Positions 38,884 to 52,599 of a stretch of 64,000 nt of DNA are shown here, piece after piece. The DNA is taken from positions 298,158,001 through 298,222,000 of the forward strand of contig OZ024743.1 of NCBI GenBank assembly GCA_964016885.1. The letters run 5' to 3'. This DNA is from Eledone cirrhosa. Lineage: Eukaryota. A model generated the notes under the pieces. The model ran no database searches and was not told the origin of the DNA. It was given only the letters and a program-made list of their open reading frames with translations. Position numbers and translations under genes: made by a program. How positions within the stretch are numbered: position 1 is the first letter of the stretch; every line of letters begins with the position of its first letter.

Positions 38884-39038
38884 GAAACACACAGATACAC
38901 GCGGACACACACATATATACATGAATGCATCCGCACCCAACTGTGAGTTAAGGGTGCCGACTTCACCGATGTTGCTCAATGAATGACTGGGACAGACCAA
39001 TTCAGTTGAACCAGACTGAACCAGTATCAGAGTTAAAA

Positions 39039-39429
39039 ATACATTATGAAGAGAGAAGAAACATTTAGATATAATTCGTAATAAAATGTATCATACCTAA
39101 ACTGCTCCTAAATTCCTCGACTACGTAGTTTCGTGGCATAAACAAAAACAATATATCAAAGATATAGAGTCCTTGCGAGGTCTGCCGACTTATCAAGAGG
39201 ATACCTCATTTTACTAGTCTCAAGAACGCGTCTACACGACGTGAGAAAGAATCCCACTAGTAAAATGAGGTATCCTCTTGATAAGTCGGCAGACCTCGCA
39301 AGGACTCTATATCTTTGATATATTGTTTTTGTTTATGCCACGAAACTACGTAGTCGAGGAATTTAGGAGCAGTTTAGGTATGATACATTTTATTACTAAT
39401 TATATCTAAATGTTTCTTCTCTCTTCATA

Positions 39430-39435
<6 letters not shown>
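39039..39435. repeat. Palindrome with 180 bp arms and 37-nt spacer, intact hammerheads on both strands
   Basis: 39039-39218 pairs with 39256-39435. Motifs at 39114-39201 (-) and 39273-39360 (+). Confidence 0.95.
39273..39360 (+). ncRNA. Type-I hammerhead ribozyme, U3-A8 core variant
   Basis: UCCUC-UUGAUAA-GUCGGCA...UGCCAC-GAAAC-UACGUA-GUC-GAGGA. Stem III ACUACGUAGU is a perfect palindrome. Confidence 0.8.
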
Positions 39436-39479
<44 letters not shown>

Positions 39480-39484
39480 ATATG

Positions 39485-39549
<65 letters not shown>

Positions 39550-39554
39550 ATGAT

Positions 39555-40969
39555 TGCACATGCAAAATGATTGCACATGCGGTAGGGGCCAGCATAAAAT
39601 TAACCCTTAAGGAACATATGTTCAAATTTAATGGTAAAACATATGCCCAAGAGGAAGGAGCAGCCATTGGTGTTAGCATTGCAGGCGACATAGCTAACTT
39701 ATTCATGGTATGGTGGGACAGTAGACTTAAACAAAATCTTAAAGAACAATTAGAAGACAGCTTAACCCTGATAATGTACTCCCGCTACGTTGATGATATA
39801 AACATCGTAGTTAAGACACCCCCACTAGAGAACAGTCAGGAACTAGAGAAAAACACAATGGAAAGCATCCAGCAAATAGCAAACTCCATCCACCAGAGCA
39901 TTAGAGTTACTATAGACTACCCAAGTAGACACCCCAACCATCGATTACCTGTACTAGACACAGAGCTCTGGTTAGATACAATTAACAACCAAAAACAAAT
40001 CCTCCATTCCCATTATGCCAAACCCATGACTTCCAAACATCTGATCCACCGAAACTCGGCCATTTCGGACCATACCAAAATCAACATACTGATTGCGGAT
40101 TTGGTACGGGTGATGAGAAATGTGTCCCGCATGTGCAACCCCGAAGAACTAGAGAGACACATACAACACTTCATCCACCGTATGCAGTTCTCTGGCTGCA
40201 ATCAGAGAGATAGAATCAGAGTGTATAGAGGAGCCAGAACCAAATGGGAAAAAATGGTAAATAATGACATAAATGGGACCTGCCCCTTGTATAGGAGCAA
40301 ATTTTGGAATAGAATAGAAAGAACTAGGAACAAGGCCAATAGAATAAACTCATGGTATGATAGCAATAAATACCAGAGTGTAATGTTCATCAATACAACC
40401 CCTAGAGGCGAACTAGCCTACAAATTTAGAAGGGCCCTAAATAAACATAAACTCAATATTAAGATAGTAGAAATACCAGGTACCTCCGTAAAAACACTTA
40501 TTAGCAAGACATACCCGTTCCAAAGACCCTCATGTATAGATAAGAAATGTATAACCTGTAAAATAAGCCCCCATATTAACTGTAAAACTAGAAATGTAGT
40601 GTATAGCATAAGATGTACTGAAGGACAATGTAGAAACAAAAATATAGTGTACATAGGTGAGACAGCTCGTAGTATAGGGGAACGAATAAATGAACACTGG
40701 CGAGACCTTCAAGATAATAAAGAATCATCTGTGCTCTACCAACATGCTAAGATAGAACACAAGGGTAAATTAGAGAACATAGAAATAAAAATAGAATCCA
40801 CACACAGAAAAGATGCAATGTTTAGGCAAATTACAGAGGCAGTAAGCATAAAAGAATTACAACCAAAATTAAATAGAAAATATGAGTGGAACAGCAACAT
40901 CACAACTTACAATTAAGGACAAAATGAAAACACACACACACATAGAACAAACAACCAACCAACAACATG

Positions 40970-41000
<31 letters not shown>

Positions 41001-41345
41001 ATAGATAAATGAACACAAACACACACAGACACGCGGATGTGGCGCATGCGCAAACTGAGCACACAACACACACACAGAAACAAAATGGCGTAGGACAGAA
41101 GAAAGGAAAGGCACAGAAACAAAGAGAGGAATCCCCAGTCACTGAAGAGGTCACAGAGTGTGTGACGAAAGGACTATGACTATATATAAACAACTATCTG
41201 GTTGTGGAACCAACCAACCAACCAGAAATTTATAAGTTTGTAGATTTGTAAATTTATAAATATATAATAAATTGAAGTGAAAGCAACTGGTGCGTGTGTT
41301 TCTTATTGGCAACATGACCCTCCCAAAGTATAACAATATATGTAT
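39555..41345 (+). mobile_element. 5'-truncated Penelope-like element (Neptune-like) with uninterrupted RT-GIY-YIG 3' ORF
   Basis: ~450 stop-free codons to 40916: GAAIG, YSRYVDD, LPVLD, CIDKKCITC, VVYSIRC..YIGETARSIGERINEH, RQITEAV, LNRK. The ORF-track N-terminus is TA repeat. Confidence 0.95.
41137..41181 (+). ncRNA. Minimal hammerhead ribozyme in the 3' pLTR
   Basis: AGUCA-CUGAAGA-G-GUCACA(GAGUG)UGUGAC-GAAAG(GA)CUA-UGACU. Confidence 0.82.
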
Positions 41346-41984
41346 ATATATATATATATGCATATATATATGTATTATAAAATATATGGAGAATAGGATT
41401 GGCTGTGTAGTTGCTAGTTAAGGTAGCTTAAAATGGAGTAAGAATAAGAAGAAAGCAAGAACGGGTGGGGGGTGGGGGGTCCTCATCAGTTGTCTACTGG
41501 GGTCTCGGATATATATATGTATGTATCTATGTATGTGTGTCAATTGAAACATCGACAGCCCATGTCCAAGATGTGTTCTTGTTACCATTTTGTGTTTTCT
41601 ATGTACATTTATGTATGTCAGTACATGTGTGTTTATATATATATGTAGGTGTGTAGCGAAGTAGATTTATTTTGGTTGTAGAGATAGAATGTATTGTAAA
41701 TGTAGCGAAAGAGGTTACCAGACTTGACTAGAAACCTATCAGAGAGCGGCTGATACTTTGACAGTTTGCTCTCTTCGGCCTGGTGAAAAGCAAACCCTGG
41801 TCTGGTAGCCGATCGCACCAGGTTGCCGCTAGAGAAGACGTTACAGCATGTGGATCCCAGATGAAGGGTCTCCTGCAGAACGAGAATATTGTCATACCAT
41901 CTGTCCTTTTGCCGTTACCTCTGTCCAGCCACGATGGCTAGAGCTGGGAAGGGAAGCCTGTTCTAATTTAGGCATAAGGCCAAA

Positions 41985-44560
41985 AATCTGCGATGTGGGC
42001 TAGCCTCCTCCTTGTAAATATGGAGTTTCAGCCACTTCGTTTTGAGAGCCTGCTCTTGCGCAGCCATTAGCATTCCTTCTGTAGCCTTTTTAAGGTCTCC
42101 TCTTTTCAACCAGTTCCATGTCTGTGGATCTCTGAATTCAGTTTTCTCAAAGAAGGTACTATGAAGGGATTTTTCATGAAGGTTGCTCTTTCTCCTTGTT
42201 GTTATTTCCTCCTTGGACATCCCTGGTCTATTGTCCTCTCCTTCGGTACAATTCTGAGCATTGGCTCCCTACTATCAGTCACGTATTTGTGTAGGTTGTT
42301 TTTCTCCATCTGAACACAGTCCGCTATGCTGATAAGATCTCTTTCACCTTCAGATCTCCTTAAGTAGAGTCTATCGACATCACTCCTCTTGTGGAACATG
42401 TTGTAGATAGGCAATAGCTTCCTAGTCTTCCTATCCATTTCTTTTTGTTCAGCAACATTCCATCTCAGAATTCCCGCACTGTACCTAATAATAGACACAG
42501 CTCGGGAATTTACTGCACTTATGGCATTCCTACTGTTCAGATCTGATTTTAATACGTTCCTTACTCTCCAAATGTATTCAGATCTTATCAATTCCTTCAT
42601 TTTTTGTTCTTGATGTCATCAGCCTCCAGAACACCTAAATATTTGTATCCTTCTTCAGTGTCAATTTCCTTTATCACCTCACCTGTTGGTACCTGGATTC
42701 CGTTGCTTCTGCTCAATTTACCCCTCTTCATCACAAGGACTCCACACTTACTAATACCAAATTGCATACATATATCATTGCTGAAAATACGGACAGTGTC
42801 AACAAGCACATCCAACTCCTTCTCACTCTTCCCAAACAGCTTAAGATCGTCCATGAAGAGGAGGTGATTGATGGTAAGCTCTCCCTTTCCCAACTTGTAT
42901 CCTGCTCTCACTTTTCGCAGTATAATGGTCAGGGGCATCAGGGCAAGGACAAACAACAGAGGGGACAGACTATCTCCCCGGAAGATACCTCTCTTGATCT
43001 TCACGCCTCCCAAGGATTCTCCAGCCGATGTTAATTCTGTTTTCCAGGACTTCATACTTTTGCCCAACAACTGTCTGATGTTATCTGCCACCTTGAAGAT
43101 CTCTAGGCTTTTGGTGATCCAAGAATGAGGCACCATGTCAAATGCCTTTTTCCTCAGACACAATGCTTGTCAACAGTTTCCACATTACGGACAGACATGT
43201 GATAGGTCTATAGTTCGTAACATTACCCTTGATTCGATCTTTCATTACCAGAACTGTGGTACCTTTTGTCAACCACTCTGGTACCTCACCTGACATCAAT
43301 CAGTCATTGAACATGGTTGTCAGTTTCGGGTGGAGGGATGTTATATTTTTAATCCAATACCCCTGTACACCATCTGGGCCTGGTGATTTCCAGTTGGTTA
43401 GTTTTTTAGCCTGCCCCTTAACAGTTTCAACTGTGATATTCAAATCAGTTTGTTGGTGTGCCTGTTCACTAATCTCCTTTTGTACTGTCTCAATCCACAC
43501 TGCCTGGTCATTATGTTTAACATCCTGCTCCCATATTCCTCTCCAGAATGTCTTAGTTTGTTCCGCCTCAGGGATCAAGTCGTTGCCTCTTGCTACAATG
43601 CGTTGCTTCAGTTCCTCTATGATAATATTTAGCTTTTTCCTCCTAGTTTTGTACTTTATTTCCAGTCTATTTTTAGTGTCCCATTCAGTAGGGACTCAAG
43701 CTTTCCAATGTCATTTCTCATTTCCTTGATTTGACCATTCAGTCGTTTCTTCCACCAAGGTTCTGATCTTTCTTGTTTGTTGTTTCCTCTCGCTTTTATG
43801 CCAAGTAATTTCCTCACCGCATTTGCTGTTGCTTTGAGGATATTGTTGCACTGGTGAAGGCTCATCGCCTCAAGGTATGGGATGATTTTGTTTATCTTAG
43901 CTGTTGTTTCATTTAACTTTTTCCTGTCTACAAATCTTAGGTCCATTTCATCTACCACTAAGTTTATGATATCAACCAAATCTTGTCCTAGCCCGTCAGC
44001 ATTCATTTACTCAATGGCCGTATCTTTGTTCCAGGTATTATTTATTTCAGCATTCAGATCATTGTCTGCTTCGGATGGTTCCTCCGTTCTCTCAACCTCT
44101 TCACCCTCATTTCCCACTGGCTCGTTTGCCTGGCATACTCCACTCTCCATTTCCAACCTAATCTCTCTGCTCAGTTCCTCCAGTTCCAGCTTGCTTATCC
44201 ACCCATTAGTTCTTATTACCCGAGCCTGCCCGGCCAATTTTTCATCTAATTTAAATAGACCAATCTCGTTTTAGATGTTATGCATCCGTTTCCTATAGCC
44301 TTTTTCCTTGGGGTTACATTGCATAACAGCTCTATTCAATTCTTTCGTCCAGTTTGTTCTGGTCCCTTTCCTTCTTCCTCCAACACCAGCAGTATTTGGA
44401 TGACAGCCAGTTCCCTGCTGCTGGATGAGAGTATGTCATATGACATCCCAGTCTCCACTTCACCGTTATTCGAACTGTTTAGGTTCGACATTTAAACACT
44501 CATATCGAGGATTGGTGAATGTATGGTTACATAACTACCGGTGATTTCATCACCCCCGGT
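41985..44560 (-). mobile_element. Second decayed R4/Dong-like non-LTR element
   Basis: [68 protein letters not shown]. Internal deletion near 43155; 3'-truncated. Confidence 0.9.
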
Positions 44561-45548
44561 GATTTTAGCGTGACACCATCACGCTGTAGACGAACATAAA
44601 TAAACAAACAAAAACAAACAAATAGATAAAAACCTAAAAAAGCAAAAACAAACACAAGTTTCATTGTTTGAATGTCTGACTTAGTTCTTCTTTCCTGTTT
44701 TTTCCCCTTTTTTGTTTGCTTTTCTCCTTTGCGTTTTTCGTTTTACAAGGCCAGTAACATCGGTTACTAGTGTTGTTGTTGTTGCTGCTGCTGCTAAGGG
44801 AAGTAGGGTTATTGTGTTCAAAACTTTTGAAACCCGTGTCCGTTGTTGTTGCGTTTGCTTCTGTCTGTGTTCTGTTCTATAATTTTTCGACTATAATTTT
44901 TTCTATAATTTTTTTCCCTTTCATCCCTACGTGGCCGACACCACAAAGCACCTGCAACACACCGGGACAATTGCTGGCCCCGTGCCAAAAGCAGAAGCAC
45001 TTATTATTATATTATAGTTTAGATTTGACATCGTTTAAACTAAACATTTTGAGAGAGTTTAGAGATATAACAACATAATTATTTTTATTATTATTATTAT
45101 TATTGGCGACCTACGTAGTAAATCGTATCATCGTGAGCTCCGCAAAGGTTTGTTATTTTCAGTTGTTTAAAATTGGCATTCATGGAATTTTTTTTATTTT
45201 TAACTGTATATAAGTGCACATACATTGTTATCTGAAAAGGACACCCAAAAAGATTGGGGCCTTGAGCCTAAAATTTAAACTTTTATAATTATCAAACAAA
45301 CATTTTTCTTTGAAAAATCATGGATGACTCAGAGTCACTCCTTCCTCACAAACTAACACCGACACCACCATTGTAAATATTACTACGTTTGCCAACACTA
45401 AAAATATAAGCAGTAGCAATATTTTAAATTTGTCTCAGGCAGATATTCATTTCCCGCCATTACCAATGACTGCAGGTGTTAAAGCCGCCACCACCACCAC
45501 CGCGACAACAGAAACAAAAGAAAAAATAAATTAACTCGTGATATCGAA

Positions 45549-46421
45549 ATGAATTCAACTAAAATGAACTCTTCCACACCGAACACCACTGACGCCACCA
45601 CCACCACAACTGAAACTAAAATTAATAATAACAAAAATAACGATAACAACAACAGCAACAATGAAATTAAGAAAACCACCCTGAGTTTTGCCAGAGTAGC
45701 AAAACAGTGCGAAGCATTTCAGGTAACTCAGGAGGAATTAGAAGAAGCCAAAAAAAATGGTAAAGAAAGATGGGTACAGGGTCAGTCTCCCCCCCCACAC
45801 ACACCTAATAAAATGGAGCATCGGCGCCTATGCACCGTGTCTTATTGAACAATTAATATAAAATTGCGCCGAGTGGAACGGGCATCCGAGTCCCAAATCC
45901 AAAAAGCTTTGGGACATGTGTGGGCAAAAAAAACCCACATCAGACGTGAGCAGAAATATGGAACCGTGGACGTGTTCTTTGAAACACCACAGGAGGCTAG
46001 AGAACACTCCATGGCCCCATTAAGAACACTCGTCCCAAGCTATTGTGGCCAGAGACTCGTAAAGATCAGGGTCACCCACGTTCCAACGCCCATCGAAATT
46101 CCCTGGCTAATAGCTGCTGTCCTCGCCGGCATCGAAACCAACACCAAGATAATCGAAATAGCGAAAGAAAAGCAGGAGAACTGGTCCGGTTCTGGGATGG
46201 AGCTCCTGATCCAAGTGGACCAAAAAAGCATTGAGGAGATCCCAGAGGTAATAGACCTCACTGACGGCAGCCACCTCACCGTAATTGTCGAGGGCAGAAG
46301 GCCTAGGTGTGTCATTTGTGGTGAAGGAACCCACCTAAGGACTTTCTGCCCTCAGGCTAAAAGGTTGAGGCCACCTCTCCTACCCACCCCAGTGACTCAA
46401 CCATCAACACCACCAGGGTAG
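45549..46421 (+). mobile_element. L1/Tx1-like ORF1 (gag-like, CCHC knuckle) remnant
   Basis: LSFARVAK...YGTVDVFFETPQEA...EGRRPRCVICGEGTHLRTFCP. One in-frame TGA at 45846. Confidence 0.75.
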
Positions 46422-46524
46422 TAAATTGATGCTAAGTAGATAAACACATACACACTGACAGGTACTCCTAATTTTCAAGATTCATTTATTCCAAACAAAC
46501 AAAGGGTTTTCATTGAGTGGCAAT

Positions 46525-47547
<1,023 letters not shown>

Positions 47548-47589
47548 TATATATATGTATATGTGAGTGTATGTATATATGTGTGTGTG

Positions 47590-48578
47590 TGTGCTCATTA
47601 TGTAGGAGAGGTGTAGGTAGAAACTCCATCCTCTGCCCCATATGCAAACTATGGGTACACAAGAGATGTAGTGGGATCTCAGGAAGTTTAGTTAAGAATG
47701 TAGGCTTTACATGTAGCAGTTGCACCAGGACAGTAAGCAGCAAACAATCACTGAAAACAAGTGACATCAAAGTCTGGGAGGACTTGGTAAAAACAATACC
47801 GAATTAGCAGCGGAGGGGGTGTTCTGAAAGAACGGGATGGAAGAAGTTGAGGGAGCTACTGCCACAGCTGGATACAAAAGACTTTTCCCTCAGAATAAAA
47901 GGTAGACTGTATGATTTGTGCATATGAACGGCAATGTTGCATGGTAGTGAGAGCTGGGCGCTGTGTGTAGAAGACTTGCGTAGATTAGAAAGGAATGAAG
48001 CTTGTATGCTCCGATGGATATGTAATAGTAATATACGCGAACAGCAAAGCATAAACAAACTGAAAGGGAAACTAGGCATAAGAGGAATCAAATGTTGTGT
48101 GCAGGAGAGGAGATTATGTTGGTATGGACATGTGATTCGTATGAAGGATGACAGCTACATAAAGTCCCAGAAAGACTTGAGATGAAGTGATAAAAGCCGA
48201 CCTTGCCCAATTGCACCTCTGAAAGGCAATGACACAGGACCAAGATCTCTGGCGTTATGAGGTAATACAGAAATCCCAACTTCCCACGGGCCCAGGCCAA
48301 GGCTGAAACATACATACAATATGCACCACTCCATCCCACCCGCCAATATACCTTTCATGAGAACAGGCCGAAACACTGTAAAGTGATCGTGATGGTGATA
48401 CGGTAAAAAACACCCAGTCCACACTGTAAAGTAGTCGTGGAGGAATCACAACAAAAAACACCCAGTACTCACTGTAAATGAGCTTGGCATTAGGAAGGGC
48501 ATCCAGCTGTAAAAACCAAGCCAAAATCAGTTCTTTATGAGCAAGACATGGTCACCTGACCTAACATTGCCAACAATA
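47590..48578 (+). mobile_element. 5'-truncated RTE LINE
   Basis: CSLCRRGVGRNSILCPICKLWVHKRCSG; LHGSESWALCVEDLRRLERNE. Confidence 0.92.
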
Positions 48579-48581
48579 GAA

Positions 48582-48965
48582 GGCACATGGCTCAGTGGTT
48601 AGAGCATTGGGTTTGCAATTGAAAGGTTGTGAGTTTAATTCTCGGACCGGGTGATGTGTTGTTTCCTTGAGCAAGACACTATATTTCACATTGCTCCAGT
48701 TTACTCAGCTGTAGAAATGAGATGATAGGACTGGGGTCCCTATCATTCCACTGCAAAGTGGTCGTGGAGGTGCCACGGCAAAAAAACAACAAAAACACCC
48801 AGCACTTACTGTAAATGAGGTTGGTGTTAGGAAGGGCATCCAGCTGTAGAAATCACGACAGAATCAGTTCCTGTATGAGAAAGACAAGCTCAGCCGACCG
48901 GACACTGCCCACAACAGGACAACCCATGCTAGCGTAGAAGAACTGACATAAAATGATGATGATGA
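48582..48965 (+). mobile_element. tRNA/CORE SINE family B with RTE tail
   Basis: ggcacatggctcagtggttagagc (A box), gagtttaattc (B-box-like), CORE-like segment, RTE-like 3' end plus (GAT)n. Confidence 0.88.
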
Positions 48966-49034
48966 AATATAACAGAGTTTTATAGCTTGCTTGAAGCATT
49001 GATGAATAGGAAACACAAATTTAAATTTTTGAAA

Positions 49035-49370
49035 ACCAAGTTGAGGGCCTTTGAACCCCAGGCTATTGCAATAGCTGCTCCTGATTCTAGATGTGGAAGA
49101 CGGGACCTTTGGTACCACACAGTGACGTCCTGTTCGAAAATTGGTCCAGCTCTCAATGCGAAAGTTTGGTCTTAGTCCCCCCAGGATTTTCCATATGTAT
49201 ATCATTGCATATCTCTCCCGTCTTCATTCCGAGGAGTAGAGTTTCAGTTCTTTTAGACTCTCCCAGTCGTTTATCTCCTTTGTGGCAACCTTCTTGGTAT
49301 AGCTTCATTGGATTGCTTCAAGCTCGATGGTTAGTTTGATACTATGGGGTGACCACAGCTGGGAGCATTC
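49035..49370 (-). mobile_element. CR1-like LINE 3' fragment
   Basis: ECSQLWSP...ELEAIQ; RERYAMIYIWKILGGLRPNF...RTGRHC...SLGFKGPQL. Confidence 0.75.
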
Positions 49371-49374
49371 ATCA

Positions 49375-49727
49375 TCGTTTCATTTTACGTCCACTTTTTC
49401 CCTGCTTGCAAGGGTGGGACGGGAACTGATTCTGGCTTGATTTCTACAGCTGGATTCCCTTCCTAACACCAACCTCATTTACAGTGAGTGCTTTTTTTCC
49501 GTGGCACCTCCACATCCACTTTACAGTGTGGGCTGGGTGCTTTTTTGCCATGGCACTTCCACGACCACTTTGCAATGGAATGATAGGGACCCCAGTCCTA
49601 TCATCTCATTTCTACAGCTGAGTAAACTGGAGCAATGTGAAATAAAGTGTCTTGCTCAAGGAAACAACACATCACCCGGTGTGAGAATTGAACTCACAAC
49701 CTTTCAATTGCAAGGCCAATGCTCTCA
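49375..49727 (-). mobile_element. SINE family B
   Basis: Near-identical to 9905-10233. Confidence 0.88.
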
Positions 49728-49821
49728 ATATGTATATATATACATATATATAAACTAATATATACTCACACACATATATATAAACTAATATATACTCACA
49801 TATATATAAACTAATATATAT

Positions 49822-49865
<44 letters not shown>

Positions 49866-49876
49866 TAACAACGAAT

Positions 49877-51320
49877 ATAGTGAAGAGTTTAGCGTAAAAG
49901 TTGTTATCAGGGCTCCGTCCTTAGCCCCCTACTATTTATTATTGCCCTTCAGGCTATAACAGAGGAGTTCAAGACCGGCTGCCCATGGGAACTCCTATAT
50001 GCAGATAATCTAACGCTCATAGCTGAATCAATGGCGGAACTAGAGAAGAAATTCCAAACATGGAAGCATGGCCTAGAATCAAAAGGCCTTAAAGTTAACT
50101 TGTCTAAGACTAAAGTTCTAGTTTGTAGGAAGGAAAATAGGGCACCGGTCCCATCTGGGAAATGGCCATGCTCAGTGTGTAGGAAAGGAGTAAGCAGAAA
50201 CTCCATTTTATGTCCCAAATGCAAAGTATGGGTGCATAAAAGATGTAGTGGGATCACAGGTAAGCTAACTAAGAATATAGATTTTATATGTGGCCAGTGC
50301 TCTGGTAAAATAAGTAGCAGCAAGTGTCCAGAGAATACTAGCTCATTCCATTGCACAGATGGTTCTATAGAAATAGTGGACAGCTTCCGTTACCTGGGTG
50401 ACAAAATCAGCAGTGGGGGAGGGTGCTCTGAAAGTACAGTAGCTAGAGTCAGAACGGGATGGAAAAAGTTCAGAGAGCTTATACCACTATTGGCCGCTAA
50501 AGGGTTCTTTCTAAAAATGAAAGGCAGGCTGTATGATGCCTGCATACGAACAGCAATATTACATGGCAGTGAGACATGGGCATTGTGTGCAGAGGATATA
50601 CGCAGACTGGAGAGAAACGAAGCTTGCATGCTCCGCTGGATGTGTAATAGTAATATACGCGAACGGCAAAGCATAAACGAACTAAGGGAGAAATTAGGAA
50701 TAAGAAGGATCAGATGTTTACTCGAGAGAAGACTACGTTGGTACGGTCATGTGATGCGCATGAAAGACGACAGCTGTATAAAAAAGTGCAGAGCAATAAA
50801 AATAGATGGTAGCCACGGAGTAGGCAGACCCAGAAAAACCTGGGACGACTTGGTAAATTCTGATCTTACACACACCTCTCCAAGACAATGTCACTGGACC
50901 GAGATCTTTGGCGCTACACAGTTATACAGAAGACCCGCCTTGCCTAAGTACAAAGCGAAACCTTCAGTCAGTAGGCACCTCTAACAAAATACACCTCATC
51001 CCACTACCCCCACCCCATCCACACCACCTCCGAAAATGTGAAATTATGTTGGTACCACAACATCCAGTCCGAAACAAATGAGGTCGTGTAGGTGTCAACA
51101 AAAAAACACAGTCCACGCTGTAATGTGGCCGTGGAGGTAACACGATAAAAACCTCCCAGTACACACTGTAAACGTGGTTGGTGTTGGGAAGGGCATCCAG
51201 CTGTAGAAAACTCGCCAGACAGTCCTGAGCAAGACAACCAATCTTTCCTCAAGTGGACAATTCCCGTCCAGACCCATGCTAGCGTGGAAAATGGACGTTA
51301 AACGATGATGATGATGATGA
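49877..51320 (+). mobile_element. 5'-truncated RTE LINE
   Basis: QGSVLSP, ELLYADNL, 317-aa open stretch with the PHD-like finger, FRYLG, GRPRKTW; (GAT)n tail. Confidence 0.95.
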
Positions 51321-51327
51321 TATAGTA

Positions 51328-51505
51328 ATAATTGTTTCTACTTTAGGCACAAGGCCAGCAATTACCCAGTATATTACTGGTACTTTATTTTATCGACCCC
51401 GTAAGGATGAAAGGCAAAGTTAACCTCGGCGGGATTTGAACTCAGACTGTAAAGGGACGTAACTATGCTAGAAAGCATGGCGTCCGACTCTACCCATACT
51501 GCCAA
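51328..51505 (-). mobile_element. tRNA-SINE family A
   Basis: Full copy directly abutting the RTE tail. Confidence 0.9.
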
Positions 51506-51899
51506 TGTGAATTGGTAATAGTAATAATAATACATATGAAGACTAAAATCCAAAGAGGGCTCGATAGGGATAAATACATATCAATTATATAAGAACCATA
51601 GAGCAAATATTTATTAAAATAACAGATTAAAGTTTAAGCAAAGAATCGGTTGCTTTCACCCTTAATGGGATCTTCTGAAACTAAAAAAAAAATCCAATCT
51701 GTGAACGCATAAGTAAATATTTCGAAAAACGTTGCAATCGAAGGAAGACAGGAAGGCGATACTTTGGTTCGTGGAGACGTAGTTTTAGGTATTTCTTCCT
51801 GCTTGGTACAGGTATGTTCTTTGTAGAAATATTCAGATGTTTCTGCACGATGAATATAAGTCAATAGAGTACTCAATCAAGGGAGCCAAATCATTCATC

Positions 51900-52232
51900 A
51901 TTCATTTCATTTTACGTCCACTTTTTCCCTGCTTGCAAGGGTGGGACGGGAACTGATTCTGGCTTGATTTCTACAGCTGGATGCCCTTCCTAACGCCAAC
52001 CTCATTTACAGTGAGTGCTGGGTGCTTTTTTTCCGTGGCACCTCCACGACCACTTTGCAGTGGAATGATATGGACCCCAATCCCTATCATCTCATTTCTG
52101 CAGCTGAGTAAACTGGAGCAATGTGAAATAAAGTGTCTTGCTCAAGGAAACAACACATCACCCGGTCTGAGAATTGAACTCACAACCGTTCGATTGCAAG
52201 GCCAATGCTCTAACCACTAAGCCATGTGCCTC
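51900..52232 (-). mobile_element. SINE family B
   Basis: Full copy with A box and B box (gagttcaattc) on the - strand. Confidence 0.9.
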
Positions 52233-52599
52233 CTAATAGTAATAATAATAAATTTGAAGACTAACATCCAAAGAGGGCTCGATAAGGATACATATATATC
52301 AAATATTTATTAAAATAACAGATTAAAGTTTAAGCAAAGAATCGGCTGCTTTCACCCTTAATGGGATCTTCTGAAACTAAAAAAAAATCAATCTGTGAAC
52401 GCAGAAGTAAATATTTCTAAGCCGACCTTTCCCAATTGCACCTCTCAAGGGCAATGACACACGACCATGACCTCTGGCGTCACCCAGTAATACAGAAGAC
52501 CCGACTTTCCACAGGAACATATAGACAATATTTGTTTTCCTTTGTTTTTTTATGTCCTATCAACTAATCCGACTTCCAAAATTCTTGCAATTGACTATT

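Noticed and set aside
45846-45848. In-frame TGA in ORF1 as selenocysteine or readthrough
   Set aside because: The homologous copy near 35997 has an Arg codon here (TVPYRTI), so CGA>TGA decay explains it.
48582-48655. tRNA genes
   Set aside because: A/B boxes are present but there is no cloverleaf; these are SINE heads.
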